Origin: Squalus acanthias
Lineage: Eukaryota
Direction of reading: 5' to 3'
Length of the DNA: 64,000 nt
NCBI GenBank assembly: GCA_030390025.1
Contig: CM059444.1
Span: forward strand, 32,612,001 to 32,676,000
Below are positions 11,905 through 25,681 of this stretch, piece after piece (position 1 is the first letter of the stretch; the number at the start of each line of letters is the position of its first letter). The translations under genes were made by a program, and so were the position numbers. The notes beneath the pieces are model-generated. The model did no database searches. It was given only the letters and a program-made list of their open reading frames with translations, and was not told the DNA's origin.

Positions 11905-13918
11905 ACAGGGTTGAGGTTCCGCAGGGGTTCTCCTGAATATCCGCCAGAATATCCACAGAAATGGCATAAATGATGTTTGCGCCGTTTCTTCAGGGTTTCC
12001 TCAGATCTTCCATCCAAGGGACAGCAGACGATCAGGAGAATCCCCACGGAAACGAATGGCACAAACATAATTATCACCTACAGCTTTGTATGGTTAACTG
12101 AACCAAACACTGGGGAAGAAACTCAACTTGCATCAAAAATGACGCAAAGTGGACGGAGCGACTGTGCCGTGACCAGTGACATCAGTGAGAGGCACAAGAC
12201 AAATTTGTGCTGGAGTCTCATTTGATTATGATTGGCGAGATGTCAGCGTTACTCCCCATTTAAAGGCAACTTGCACCTCTTAAAGGGAAGGTGCAATTTG
12301 GCTGTACTGAATTTGATTCAGTGCTGCAAAGTGGAGATGGCAGGCAAAATGAGTGCTGCAAGGGTGCCACGATTTTCTGACACCACTCTGGAGGTCCTTG
12401 TGGAGGAGGACACCAGGAGGAATGAGATGTGGTTTACAGCCGGCGCAAGAAGGATTCCAAGGCAAATAGCCCATGCAGCAGTGATCGAAGGGTTGTCTCT
12501 GTTGCAGGGAAAAGTTATGGAGCATGTAAAACACTACAACAAATCTGGAGACTCTCTCAGGGCTACATTGCAGGTTGCCTTCGGACCGATGCAAGCTGCG
12601 GAAGCTCTGATTCAGACCATGCCAACCAGAGCTCTGGTAGTGGCGTGACTCTGATTATATTGCTCCTCTGCTACTGTGCTCGGGTTCCTGACAGGCATCA
12701 TGAGTCCTGTGTTCAGGCGATACCACTTGTCCCCCAGGCAACTAGCCCAGCACTTGATAATCTGGGTGGAAGAGAGGTGGTGGGGTGGGGGCGGTGGGGA
12801 GATTGAGAACTGGCACAGGATAAAAGCATCATGACAACTACCAGGAAACCGGGCACAGACCTGTCATCGCACCCCAGCTGCACACTGAGTGAGTGGAAGT
12901 CCTCCCTGTTCAGGGTTTTGGTGTGGTGTACGCAAGACTATGCGGGTGCAGTCAGTTATGCCCTGCACCTGGGGGAAGAGTGCTAGCCTGGCGAAGCCCA
13001 GAGCTCGGTGTTCCGGTTTTGCTATCTCCACAGGGAAAGGGATGAATTTGTCGTATCTGTCACTTGCTTGATGCAGGAATGCATTGCAAACTTACTGATG
13101 TTGCTAATGCCACCTGTTGCAGCCTGGAATTACCCTGAGGCGTAGAAATTCAGGGTCACACTTACCTTCAAAGACACAGGCAATCAAGTGTGTGACTTGG
13201 TACTGGACTGCAGTTGGTGCTGCCACAGGCTCCCAGGTGAAGTGGAGCCGTTGGTCGAACTGCTCCCACAGTCAACTGGAGACAAGGTGTTCTTTTCCTG
13301 TGCACTCGCGTGGTGCAAGGCCTCCTGAACCCTCCCCTTCTCCTCCCTCTTTTCCCAGCAACTGCAGGTCTCGGCACTCTTACTTGCTGCTCTTTCTGCT
13401 GAGCAGCACGTCCATGTTGCCAGAGGATTTGTGCACAAGCCTCTGGGCAGAGATTGTCCTGCAGTTCCAAAAATGAACTTCCCACAATTTTCCTGGTCAG
13501 CTCCAGCAGCCACCACAGCCAGAAATAGGTATAATAGCCCACTGGCAGTCTAAAACAACTAACCAGATGCTTGCCTAAAATGCAGCGAGGATCCCTTTAA
13601 ATAACGCTGATGCAGCCTCCTTCCCGACTGTCGCCGCCAATGATTTGTGGGCGAATTTTAGAACGACGAATACAGCGTTCCCAAAGTTCAATTTGTCAGC
13701 AGGGCTCTTTAACCAGGCAGAGGGTTCATTTACATATATTTATTTGGCCCCCACTGCTTTCAGGCGATTGCCCTAGATGACTAAAAGTCATCCAAGTCAA
13801 TATGGCATCTGGCACACTTTTGGTCCAGATTGGGCACGGCAGATCGCAACGTGAAATTCAGAGGCCTAATGCCTGTTTCGTGCAGGAAAACAGGGGCCCT
13901 CGAGTTGAATTTCTCCCC
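11905..13918. mobile_element. Degraded two-gene PIF/Harbinger transposon: Myb/SANT-like gene remnant (+) and transposase remnant (-), convergent; left end approximate
   Basis: Plus strand ~12337: ARVPRFSDTTLEVLVEE..R (Myb/SANT N-terminus). Minus strand ~12930-12975: FPQVQGITDCTRI (Harbinger GxIDCTH-type motif). Right end gaatttctcccc is a TIR-like sequence. Confidence 0.7.
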
Positions 13919-14231
13919 TACTGTGTGTATATTTTGAAATCCTTTCTGTGCAACTCTTATCCTGGTGACGGTTGAAGCAGTGTATTGTTAAATTCATCTG
14001 CACATCCCTATTATGGTTCTTTAGAAACTAATCATTGTAGCTGCATCTGGCACCTGGGGCTTGCAATTCTATTGAAGGCTCATTTGGATTATGCAGCTCC
14101 CAGATAGGGAAATAATTATGGTTGCACATGTGAATCAATTAACAGCACAATGTTAGAATTACCCATGGAATACACTGAGAATGGATTTATAATGCACGTG
14201 CTCGTGCATTCGAACTAGAGCCAGAAATTTG

Positions 14232-14505
14232 ATAGAATCATAAAATTTTACAGCGCAGATGTAGGCCATTTGGCCCACGGCACCTGTGCCAACTCTTTGA
14301 AAGAGCTACCACTTAGTCCCTTTCCCCATACCCTTTTTACATTTTTCTTTTTCAAATATTCATCCTTTTAAAAGCCATCACACTGTTTCTGGCAGGGCGT
14401 TGCATGTTTTTACAACCTCTGTATAAAAAATAATTCTTCTAACCTCTCCCTTCATTCCTTTGGTAACAATCTTAAATGTATGCCCTCCAGTTACTGACTC
14501 ACTGG
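14232..14505 (-). mobile_element. CR1 LINE 3' end, degraded
   Basis: atagaatcataaaattttacagcgcag..aggccatttggccc is the reverse complement of the CR1 tail seen elsewhere in the window. Confidence 0.7.
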
Positions 14506-15214
14506 TCATACACTGGCTTCCATCTGTCAACAGGATCGCATGTTAAAATAATTGTTTTAGTGGATTTCTAAAGTCATAATTTCATCAGGCAGATTGAGCT
14601 CTTTTAATTAAAGAAAACTGTATGATTTAAATTTGATTTTTAAGACCAAATGTATCTCTATTTTCTATTTACAGACTTCACTGGCTGCTGAGTTTCGAGT
14701 GGATTCAGCATTTGAATGGTCCTCTGTAAGCTCACAGCCTCAATGTTGTATCATATTAGGCGCAGTGGAACAAGGGGCAAGCCTCAGAGCTCCTGCATGG
14801 TTGCCTTTTATCCCGATGCACAAATATAATCCCTCTCAATCCCCCGATCGCGATGCTCTCCCGACCCCTCACCCAACCACTTACCCGAGTGCCAACAACC
14901 GTTCCTTCAGGTCCCCAGCGGCAGCCGCTTCTGCCCAAAATCCCGCTCCAGCCAGCTAATGCTTTCCCTCGGCTTTGGGTGAGAGATGGACAGTGGCTAT
15001 GCAGATGAGGTGTTAAAATCTCCTGGACCTAAGGCTGTGGAGGGTCAGACAGTGTGCCATCCGCCTCGGCTCCTCACGACTCTCGGCCAGGAGTTACAAT
15101 GGGGGCTATAGTATTGATTTAGGTTGGGGCAGGATTTCTATGAGTGCAGCTGTTTTTTTTATTTTCTTTTGTATCGTGACTAAATTAAAGGAGCCAGCAG
15201 CTCGCTAAAACTAG

Positions 15215-15340
15215 ACAAAAAGGATTCATTTTTGTCGCATTCACATCTCTAAGAAACCTCTCAAAGCACTTTACAGACATCAAATTACTTTGAAGCCCAG
15301 TGCCTGCTGTTATATAGACAAACGCAGCATAATGTATTGT
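15215..15340 (-). mobile_element. SINE/L2 3' tail fragment
   Basis: ctcaaagcactttacag matches the reverse complement of the SINE tail at 28940-29005. Confidence 0.5.
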
Positions 15341-17107
15341 GTTAATACATCTGCTGAGAAAGTTCAATTAGTGAGTGCAGTCTTGAGACTAGTCAAAACA
15401 GGAGGATTCCCTCAATAATTATTGTAAGAGCCTTTGAGTGTTAGGAGTACGTAATTTTCTCTGCTAGGTGTGGTTGAAATTTCCTCACTTGCAACAAATT
15501 TGTTTGGCTGGCTCCTTGCAGCTCTATTACACAAGAGGGAGTCTTAAGACTACAATGCCGAAAGACAAGGAAGTACCTCTGACTGATGTTGTGGAGTTGT
15601 TGCAATTTGTTACAATTCCTTCCAACAGCAAGTTGTTGCATTCTTGTATTAAAGTCAGAAGCACTAAATTTCAGAAGCAATCAGAGGCAACTAAAAGCGA
15701 CAGGCTAGCACACATCCACAAGTTGGACCCAATAAAACTGAACAACATGGTGCTATTCAAAACAACATGATTAGTATTTCTGATAGGTTTATGAATTTTC
15801 ATCCCCTAATGTCCAAGGTCCTTTACAAATGTTCTGCCATATTCCAATTGGTGGTGGTGACTGCTTGTTGAATCACTCCCTTCAAACTATCATCATCATC
15901 ATAGGTGGTGGGTTACAGGATAATTTACTAATTATAAAAATGCAGGTAACACTGCAAACTGGACTATTTATTGGCTAACGAGAATTAAAACATTTTATTT
16001 TAATGCTAATTAGTGACACATCCAGAAAGGGGAGAAAGTGCTTCATTAACAAAAAATATTTAATGCCCGTTTCTGAAATGCATGCTACTGTGTCTATGGT
16101 TGCCAGGTAACCAAGCACGCTGCAGCTTAGCAAAGGTGTCTGTACTGTTGCCAGGGGCCTTACTGCATCTCCCATTGGATTGAGACTGCTGCCTTGTGCT
16201 GCTAGGTTGCTTCCTTATTAGTTAGGATTGCTGAAAACAATTATATTGTACATTGGCTCATTTTGATATACAGTTTAAATAAAGAGGAATATATTGGAGC
16301 TGTCTCTTTAGCAATAGAGTGGCAGGAAGTGGCTTTGCTTCTGCAATTCCCCACACATCATCTTTTCAATTTCAAGTACACTGTTGCATGGAAGAATCAT
16401 CAGAGGCCACAGTCTGCCCCACAGAAAATAATTGAAAAATTAGAAGGGCAACCACCTTGTACTTCTTTCATGCACATCCAATGGATACTGGTCAAGGCCG
16501 AAGAGTAATCTCCAGCCTATCCTCTTGGTTGGGAAGGTGTAGAACACGGGGTCCTCCACAGACAAAAAACAATTAAAAATGAAAAGACCATCCCCACCAA
16601 AACAATCCTTGGTTAAAACAATTCTTTTTTTAAGAACGGACAGGCAGTAAGCTGGTGTATCTGGGTTAGAACATGCAGCCAGTGATATTCAAGGTTCTGC
16701 GTTCTTGTCTAAAGTGTCATTCTACCATTGCGCTCAATGCTCCAAATCGCTCTTACTGCTAATATCACACTCAACTAATCAAGAAGATGCAATGATTTGC
16801 AAATGGAGCAGAGGATGACTGAACTTCAGACGGAAAATCCGGGTTAGCTTTTACATAAATGCTCAAATTCTGCAACAGGCCAGGAAAACACTTCAAACCA
16901 GTTTTCAAGGAAAATTATTTGACAATAAAGAAATCTAAGTGCCTGGCTGTTAGGGTAAGCAGAACTAGGTTTCAAAGGGTCGTGGAACAGTCAAGAATGA
17001 AGAGAATAATCAACACAGGAAGTTTGTGCATTTTACCGAATGTCAAAGAGATATTCAAGGATGAATCAGACTGAAAATAACGACTGAAAACAGTAATGCA
17101 AAGAAAA

Positions 17108-17885
17108 CTAGAATCATAGAACATTATAGCACAGAAATGTTCCGATGGCGGGGGAGTCCAGAACCAGGGGTCACAGTCTAAGGATAAGGGGTAAGCCATT
17201 TAGGACTGAGATGAGGAGGAATTTCTTCACCTAGAGAGTGGTGAACCTGTGGAATTCTCTACCACAGAAGGCAGTTGAGGCCAATTCATTAAATATATTC
17301 AAGAAGGAGTTAGATATATTTCTTAAGGCTAAAGGGATCAAGGGATATGGGGAGAAAGCAGGGACAGGGTACTGAATTTGGATGATCAGCCATGATCTCA
17401 TTAAATGGTGGAGCAGGCTCGAGGGGCCGAATGGCCTACTCCTGCTCCTATCTTCTATGTTTCTATGAAATAGGTTGTTTGGTACACAGCTCAGTGCCAG
17501 TGATTTCTCCAAAAGCAGCCTATTCTAATCCTACTTGCTCCCCTTATCCTTTCATATTCCTCTTGATCAAGCAACTAATTTGCTTTTAAAAGAATTTAAG
17601 GATTCTGCTTCAACTATAGTTTGTGACAAAGAATTCCACATTCCAATCACCTTTTGTGTAAAGAAGCACCTCCTGTTTAGTTCTTTTTGTAATTATCTTA
17701 AATTTGGGCCCTCTTCTTACTGCCTTGTCAACCAGTGAAAAAATCTACGACTATTTATCTGAACATAAGCCTTCATAATCTTGAAGGCCTCACTATCATG
17801 TTACCCCTTAACCTTCTCCGCTGTAGTGATAAAGCCCTAATTTCTCAAGCCTCTCATCATAACTGAAACGCCTCATCCCAGCTGA
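17108..17885 (-). mobile_element. Old CR1 3' fragment interrupted by a younger CR1 insertion
   Basis: agaatcatagaacattatagcacagaaat continues after the insert as aggttgtttgg..., then decayed CR1 sequence. Confidence 0.65.
17139..17466 (+). mobile_element. Young 5'-truncated CR1 3' end nested in an older CR1
   Basis: Encodes SRTRGHSLRIRGKPFRTEMRRNFFT.RVVNLWNSLP; ends ttctatgtttctat; putative TSD gaaat at 17134-17138 and 17467-17471. Confidence 0.85.
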
Positions 17886-17979
17886 CAAAATAGTTCAACA
17901 TTACTTCAAATTCGATGGTGCTGTGCCCGTTTTGATAATGAGGTCCCAGGCCAAATATTAGGTTTGCCTTGGACCTATA

Positions 17980-19725
17980 GGGCAGAATTTTGCCGGCGCT
18001 CAGAGTACGGGTTTGGAGGCGGGTCTTCTGTCAAAATTGAAATGATTGACAGCGGGTTGGGAACCCACTGCGAACCTGCCTCCATGTAAGTTTCCAGAGT
18101 GGCAGATCTGCGATTTCAGAACAGACCCAACACCAAGCGGCGGGGGAGGCATTTAAGATACTTAACTGCTTGTTAAGTGCTTGTTTACTACTATTTTACA
18201 AGCCTTTTTCTATTTTACCACATTTTTAACGGGGTTCACGTCCTTCGGAGATCACGTCAGGTAAGTAGGTCGGGTTCTCGATGTCTCCCCATTGCTATGA
18301 ATAGGTGACAAAGTGGTATGAAAGCTACCATTTCACAGCTGGTCACTTTCCAATGTCAGAAGCTTGAGCCATCATGACTTGGAAGAAACTTTTGAGCTGT
18401 ATGCAGTTTGGAAATGTTTGGAGTAAACTATCCAATGTCACCTCCTTGGAGCAACCTCTTTCACCATTGACAGATCGCTTCTGTCATCTCAACTTCAGCT
18501 GCCATCTATTCCATCAGCATCGGTGCCCTTGAAAAAATCTTACCTTGGTCCTTAGAAACCCAACAGAATCAGCCCCAACACCAACATCACTGGGCACACC
18601 AACATCACCAACATCCACACCAACCTTCCACGCAATCAACTGATGCTGCACTGGACACAGGGCATCATCACCCGTGCACATTGCTGCCCGGGATGCCAGC
18701 GATGGCCTCACCATGTCCAAATTTGCTTCACTTGACACTGTACACCCTGGCTGCCACATGATGCACCAGGTTGGCACCACCTCACACCAGCACCATAAAG
18801 CATCCCTATTATGTCCAAGCCATTTTTTTCACACTCATCACCATTGGAGGGGGAGGGGGGGGGGATGTTATGTCTCACCATTCACTCCAACTCACTAAGC
18901 CACTTCCAAAGGTGCACACAAATCTGTCCAAGAACGCAAAGTGTTCAAACTAAAGATTTCAATGTTTGACACCACATTACCAGAAACTAATTGGATAAAC
19001 CACCCAAGTGCCTACCCTTATGTGTTGTTAGTTGGTATGCTTGCAGTAGGATGAGGGTGAGTGTGAGGGGTGGCTAGTGAAATGGGGAAGTGATAATATA
19101 GATAGAGAGGGTTGGGTGGAGGTGCAAGGTAAGTTGGGGAGAGTAAGGATGTGCAGGAGTAGGGTAGGGAAGGCAGAGTGAAGGGGATGTGATGAGTGGC
19201 ACAGCAGGATGAGGTTGAGTGTGGCTTTGTACTAACGTTTTGTGATCTACTGAGATAATTGAAAGGTTTGTGCTCGCGCAGCCTGGTCATCCTGATGACA
19301 TCCCTGCTTGTGCCCTCCTGTGCAATGTGCAACCAGACTGCGTTGGTCTCCTGGGGAGGTCTCTTCCGCTCATTGGAAGGGAAGAGAACCTCCCTGCATG
19401 CTGTGACTCCCTCCATAAGCAGCTGTGCACCTCTGTACAGTGCTGGTCAGTTTTTGCAGCACCTCAATGCTGCAGAACACTGACAGCAGAACTGTCAAAA
19501 TGAATGCGGCCATGGTCCCTTTAAGGAAACCGGCTGATGACACATCATCAAATGACTTCATCAGACCCGCTTCCTTTTAATTGGCCGGCAACCCCGCAGG
19601 GCGGGCTTAACAAGCCCTATTAACAGAAAATCCTTTTTGCAGAGCGGCTGCAGCCGGGAACGGGACCGGAACCTGCCAACCACCTCTCTCGCCGCGATCC
19701 CGCCTCCGCTGGCGAAATCGCGGCC
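17980..19725. mobile_element. Non-autonomous PIF/Harbinger element carrying a Myb/SANT gene remnant (copy 1)
   Basis: TIRs GGGCAGAATTTTGCC and ggcgaaatcgcggcc; 3-bp TSD ATA on both sides. Minus-strand peptide REVLFPSNERKRPPQETNAVWLHIAQE...KPFNYL is Myb/SANT-like. Collinear with 49144-50895. Confidence 0.85.
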
Positions 19726-21825
19726 ATACATTCAGGCGCAGGGATCATTCCCTGCGCACCTGGTTTTTCGCACGAACAAATTTCACACGCTGGCTAAATT
19801 GACTATAAAAGCCAACAAGAATCAAAACTTCTATTCAAATTTATAACCCTGCATTATGCATTTTGCCAACTAGGAGAACAGGGTTCTCCGAGGCCTCTGC
19901 CAATGCTGTCAAACAGATGCACTTGGACAAACTGACTGCTTTCCTCTGTCCCTGTGGAAAGTATCTGATCTGTGTTCAGTGCTTTGCTACAGCACGTGGT
20001 CAAGATTGGGAGCTTGCCCATGTCCATGAACTGTGTGGCCAGATGACTCAAAAGTAGGAAGTAGTTGCCTTAGCAACATTAAGAGACATTTTAACTGCCA
20101 GCTTTTTAATAGATGTGGCTGTTTGGTTAGTATGAAGTGGGGGGTGTTGTGAATCATGATGCTTAAGGCATCACGACTGTGTGGGGCAGGCTCAATGGAC
20201 CAGCTGGTCTTTTCCTGTCCATCATTTTTGTATGTTCATATGTTCGTGAGCCCTTTGGTTTATTCTCATCAAAATAAAGAATTAGCCAAAAGAAACCCAC
20301 AATTTATGCTTCCTTGCAAAATATTTGTATGAAGTTAAAGCTGAATCATGGAACTATTTCATGATCAGGAGCGCACCGAAGTAACTGTGTAGAAAACTAA
20401 AAACAAAACAAAACTAAAAAATTGCAGCAATAATAGTGCAATGCGTTCCTGTTGTCAAAGTGAACCTTATATTCATCTGCAATCTGCTTCTCTGGGCCTG
20501 ATGTGTACACTTGTCAATAGACAGACAGGAACAATTATTCAAAGTGAATGAACAGAAGACAGTGATCAACAGCACCCAATGAAAACCCGTGACAGGCGGT
20601 CGATGAAGATAATTTATCCAGGCAGGCCTGTTTAACTACTGCACAGAGTAATAAAACATTAAGCATTCACCTCTGCTTCACAGTGGCACTGCAAATAAAA
20701 TCATAAGAAGCAGATTCTTTAAAGTTAGCTGCTCGATAGGATTCTAGCAGATCTTAAGAGACAGTGTGCAACTACTAACTGGGGAAATATTTGATCTCTT
20801 ATCTAAGGATTAACAGATGCAGGTCTTTAACCTTAATGTTCCTGCCATTACAGTGAAAGGGCACTGACGAAAGCAATGTGTAACAGCGTGACAAATGTAT
20901 GCTTCCATTCTTACAGCCTACTATCAAATCAATGTTTTGTGACATGCTCGTATCATCCTGCTGACAGCCATTTGACAGATAAGAAAATCAGCAACATTTG
21001 GGCTCTCAGCATCTGAGAGCCAAGTAATAAGAACTATGGAGAAACTCGAACCCATGAAATAATATTTAATGACTGAGGAATCTGCACATTATGCACCAGT
21101 AATGTTTTTAACCAAATACAGAGCAGCATTTTCAAGTTGCCCTGTATTACCTGTAGAAAACACAGTAACAATCTACAAAAAGTAATATCTGAAACAATCC
21201 CCTTGCTCAGAATATCGTGAGCTTACTTTATTTCCTATATTACAACCATTTATTTCAATACACACACACATATACACCTTACTTGCATTCCTTGTGGGTC
21301 AAGTGTAGGCAAAATCTGTCATATATCTCTGCAATCAGCTGCCCTTCCCCCTCCCTCCCTGCACCAAACCAGGTTAAACAATGTTATTATAGCTCACTGT
21401 AAAGCATCATTAGAATTTCTGACTAAAACTTTGGATGAAATCAATGGTCCTGCGTTTTTCGCAAGCCCACAAATCACTCACTTCTGGCAAGACCAACATA
21501 GCAGTTAAAACATTTAATCATAATGCAGTATTTTCATTATAAGACAATAAAGACATTCCATCTAATTCATGTTTTGAGTTAGTAAAAATTTAAATAAATT
21601 CCTAAGTTTGTTATTACATTGAAAGATGTAAATGTGCCACAGACCTGTTTTTCTAGAAAGTACTTAGCACAATCATGTCTAAACTGAAGACTAACTTTGA
21701 ACGATATTTGTGCTACATATATTGCTCAAGTTGTGTAAATATGAACTTGAACTAAATGGCATTCAAATATTGTGTTTCAACATATGCAAAAAAGTATCTT
21801 GAGAAATAAACAAGAATTGACTTAC

Positions 21826-21917
21826 CTGGAATTGGGATAATGGGAATGCTTTCATTAGGAACCACCCGCGGTGAACTGCTATCCTCCACATAGAAGTGCG
21901 CTGTCTGAAAACACTTT
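21826..21917 (-). CDS. PTPRG: PTPRG juxtamembrane exon (human exon 15 equivalent), 92 nt, phase 2 to 1
   Basis: cccctcag|A AAG TGT... encodes [30 protein letters not shown], identical to the recalled human peptide; donor CAG|gtaagt. Confidence 0.98.
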
Positions 21918-23520
21918 CTGAGGGGAAAATAAACAATGTGGTTATTCTCTGGCAAACTAGATGCACAGACAAGAATTTAAGTCTTAGAAATTGTGGGTGC
22001 TTGCAAATAAATCCCTGGCATACTGCCATCATTTAAATTTGTTCTTCATTGTTAACCATTCAAAGGTTTCTGATGGGACTTTGAAAAAAGTCATCAAAGA
22101 ATTAAAATGACTGTTAATCTAAATTCTTCTTCAGCTCTTGGAAGTGCATCAGAGGCAATATCGACTAGTTTTCCAACCTAACATAATTACACTTTGTTTT
22201 TTTTAAGTTAAAGTTTAAAAAAATATATAAGCTCTCTGCCTATCATTTTGAGGCCATATGGAGCAATAACACAAAACTGAATTACAGCTACTGAGAAAGA
22301 GAAATCAATAGATATGCTCCTAAATGGCCTTAGTAGCAGCCTGGGGCCCAAGAAGGATGAAAATATCACACCACAAAGGAGGATTCAAGCAAAACACTTT
22401 CTGATAGTAAAAGATGTGTGGCACCACAAACCTCCCAATATTTTACCTGTACTTGATGCAAAGTAACGAGCACAAATTGGTCATCATTGAGAAGGCACGG
22501 ACAAGAAAAGCACACAGAGCTGTGAACAGCCTTTGCATGGTGATGTTGACTGAAGCTGGACTCTAAAACTCCAGCGTCATTGCTCATCTGATTTAATGAC
22601 TTTCCTTGGGCTGGAACTGAATATCAAATGAGCCTCTCTGTGCTCTTGTGACAGGAGGAGGGACTGCTATGTTCATCAGGGGCTTCTAACAAAAGGATTA
22701 TTACACCGCAATGATGCCCTTAATAAACCGTTTGGGAGCACCTGCATGCAGCCCTAATGTTGCCGTTTCATGATTCACGTAAATTTACTGTTATCACCCT
22801 GAAAACAAAAAATGCCCCTAATGTTTTTCCAATGCACTGTTCTGTTACACAGGGTGATCTCACACTGTATCATTGCCGAGCTGTAATTACTGGCTGCTAA
22901 TTAAGGCACTCACCATAACTCAACTGCAGCTAAAGGCTTTGATTTTTCGTTGGTGTCTTACTCTGTGTTATCACACAGAATATTAATATACTTGGTTATC
23001 GGTGTATATCGAAATAATTTACAACAATTGCAAATATGATTAATGTGACTGCAGCATTCTGAATAACTGCACAAGTACAACCTACACAGAGTTAATAGCT
23101 TAATTTTCTCCTTTAATTAGCAACATTTGACTTTATTCTGACTTTGAGTTGAAAAAAGCTGACTTAATATTTATTTTGATTTAATGAAAGAATTTGAATT
23201 ATAATCTTTTACAGTGAGTATCTAATTAATTGTGGCATTTATAACGTATTTACAGATGTTACCTTCCAAGATGCTGTTTGAAACTGGTGATACTAAATGT
23301 GACCAGAAATGGAAACTGTGACAATAACATAACTGTTAGCATTAGTAAGATTACAATTTTTTAAGTAAGGTCATCTTTGAACCAATTAAATCCCAACTGC
23401 AGAAACAAACAAGAATGGTTCAATTTAGTTTTCAGTCAGGAAACTGACCTCAAACAGTTGTGTGGGTTCGCAACAAGGTCTGTCAAAAATAATTAGGAAA
23501 AGGAAGTCCTCAGCATGCAA

Positions 23521-25681
23521 GGTCCCAATTTTAACCCAACCCGCTCATCATAAACGGGGCAGGTGAGCGGTTAAAATATCAAAAAATGGCCCCATTCCCG
23601 TTGGGGGCAGCCAACCGTCATTTTAACTGGTGAACTGAAATGTGTACGAAAGGCATCTTCAAGAAACAGGCGGGTGCTTCGTAAATAATTGCAAGTCGAT
23701 ATCATTGGGACCCCGGTGCTATTTTAATTGGACAGGATGGAAGTCGTGTCTATCTGCCACTGAGTAAAACCTTGCGGGATTGGCCTCAGAAACTGACTGA
23801 CATGACTGGAACAGTTTTTAAAGGGGCACTCACCTGCAGGCACTCAGATCAGTAGGATCTGTGTGCTATTGTCATTAATGGATAACCAAGGCAGTTCTGT
23901 GCTTGGCGATTCTTTCTAATTTTTGCTCCCCTTACTTATGTTGAGTAAGCACTCACGGCTCTTCATGGATGCTGTTTTTCCTTCATTCCTTTGGATGGAG
24001 GAAGATGAGCAGCAGCAACAGAAGCCTCAACAACCAAGACAAGCAGCAGCTGAGGCTGTTAGAAAACTGCGGGTGAGGGGAACTGCTCGTAGAAGGCCTC
24101 ACCCAGCCAATGAGGTATATGGGCCGAGTCAGTTTCCTGGACATCTCGTGGAACACTGCATCAGAAGGCTGCACTTCACCAGCCAAGCTGTTGCTGAACT
24201 ATGCAGCCTCCTGTAGCAGGACCTGCTGCCTGATGGAGCTACTCTCTTCTTTTTTACAGTAAAATGCATTAAATTTTATGTCAGCACACACTTGCATTAT
24301 AAATTCCTATGTCCACATTATAATGCAAAAATCCTATGTAAATGCATCACGCTGTAGTTACACTCTTGGTGGTGTAGACACCACCGCCCTTAACTCTTTT
24401 GCTTCAGGTTCCCACTAGGGCGTTACAGGAGACATCTACCAGTCTGTAATGCACAGCTGCATCAAGCAGGTCACCAAAGCCCTGCTTGCCAGAGCAAACC
24501 AGGACATTACCTTCCCAATGGACACCAACAGCCAGAATGTGAGAGCTCTGGAATTTGCACCAATGGCTGGCTTCCCTCACACCTGGGGCATAATAGACTG
24601 CACTCATGTACCTATCAGGACACCAGAGCCAGGAGTTTTTGTTGACAGGAAGGGCTACCACTCTATCAATGTACAACTGGTATGTGATCACCAAAGAAAG
24701 AAAAATGCATGTCTATGCCAGTTTTGCAGACTGCTGCCACAACACCTTCATCCTGCAACACTCATCCATCCCCCTACTTAATCCACCCATCCAGGAACAC
24801 CAGAGGGTGGCTGCGAGGGACAAGAGATCCCCTTACAGACATGGCTGATGTCACGCTTCCGCAACCCCACCACGCCTGAACAACGGGTCCCATCAGAGAA
24901 ATGGGACCACCAGAAACATCATAGAGCATACCATTGGCATACTGAAGGAAAGATTCAGCTACCTCCATCTGGGGGCTCCCTACAATATGGCCCAGACAAA
25001 GCAGATCACAACAAGCTGGTTGCTGTTGTGAAGGGAACAAGGAAGAGGTCAGTGTGTGTGTTTTAAACAGGCCTCTGACTGACCCACGGAAATTGCGCTG
25101 ACAAAGTGGGCGAGAGTCCTGTTGTGTCAGCCAAGCAGATGGATAACCCAACCGTAAGAATATAATGAGCTTCGGAAGTTAAAAGGCTGGGTATTCTGCG
25201 GTGAGTGGCTCACCTCCTGGCTCCCCAAGCCTCTCCATCACCTACACATCAGGAATGTGATGGAATACTCTCCACTTGCCTTGATGGGCGCAGCTGCAAC
25301 AACACTCAAGAATCCCATCCAGGATAAAGCAGACCGCTTGATCGGCAGCCCATCAGTCCCCTGAAGAGCAGGGGAGTTCTCCTCGGTGTCCCTCATCCAA
25401 CATCACTAAAACAGATTGTCATATTGCTGTTTGTGGGACCTTGCTGTGCGCAAATTGGCTGTCGCGACCTCTACATTAAAACAATAACTATGCTTCAAAA
25501 AGTACGTAATTGGGCAACTAGAGATGGGCAATAAATGCCAGCCTTGCTAGCGATACCCATATCCCGAGAATGAATAAAACAAAAAAGAATGCCCATGGCC
25601 TGTTTTCTGCTGCAGTGGGTGAGTTTTTAAGTCACCCCACTACCCACCCACCCAAACCTGCCCAGAGTTAAAAGCAGGGCT
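23521..25681 (+). mobile_element. Degraded PIF/Harbinger transposon with transposase remnant and nested SINE/LINE fragments
   Basis: TIRs ggtcccaattttaac and gttaaaagcagggct; peptide AGFPHTWGIIDCTHVPIRTP...RKGYHSINVQLVCD (HARBI1-like DDE nuclease); nested LINE/Deu-SINE pieces ~25200-25590. Confidence 0.88.

Noticed and set aside
24449-24781. HARBI1 host gene
   Set aside because: Fragmented by stops, frameshifts and nested repeats and bounded by TIRs; it is a transposon fossil, not the domesticated gene.
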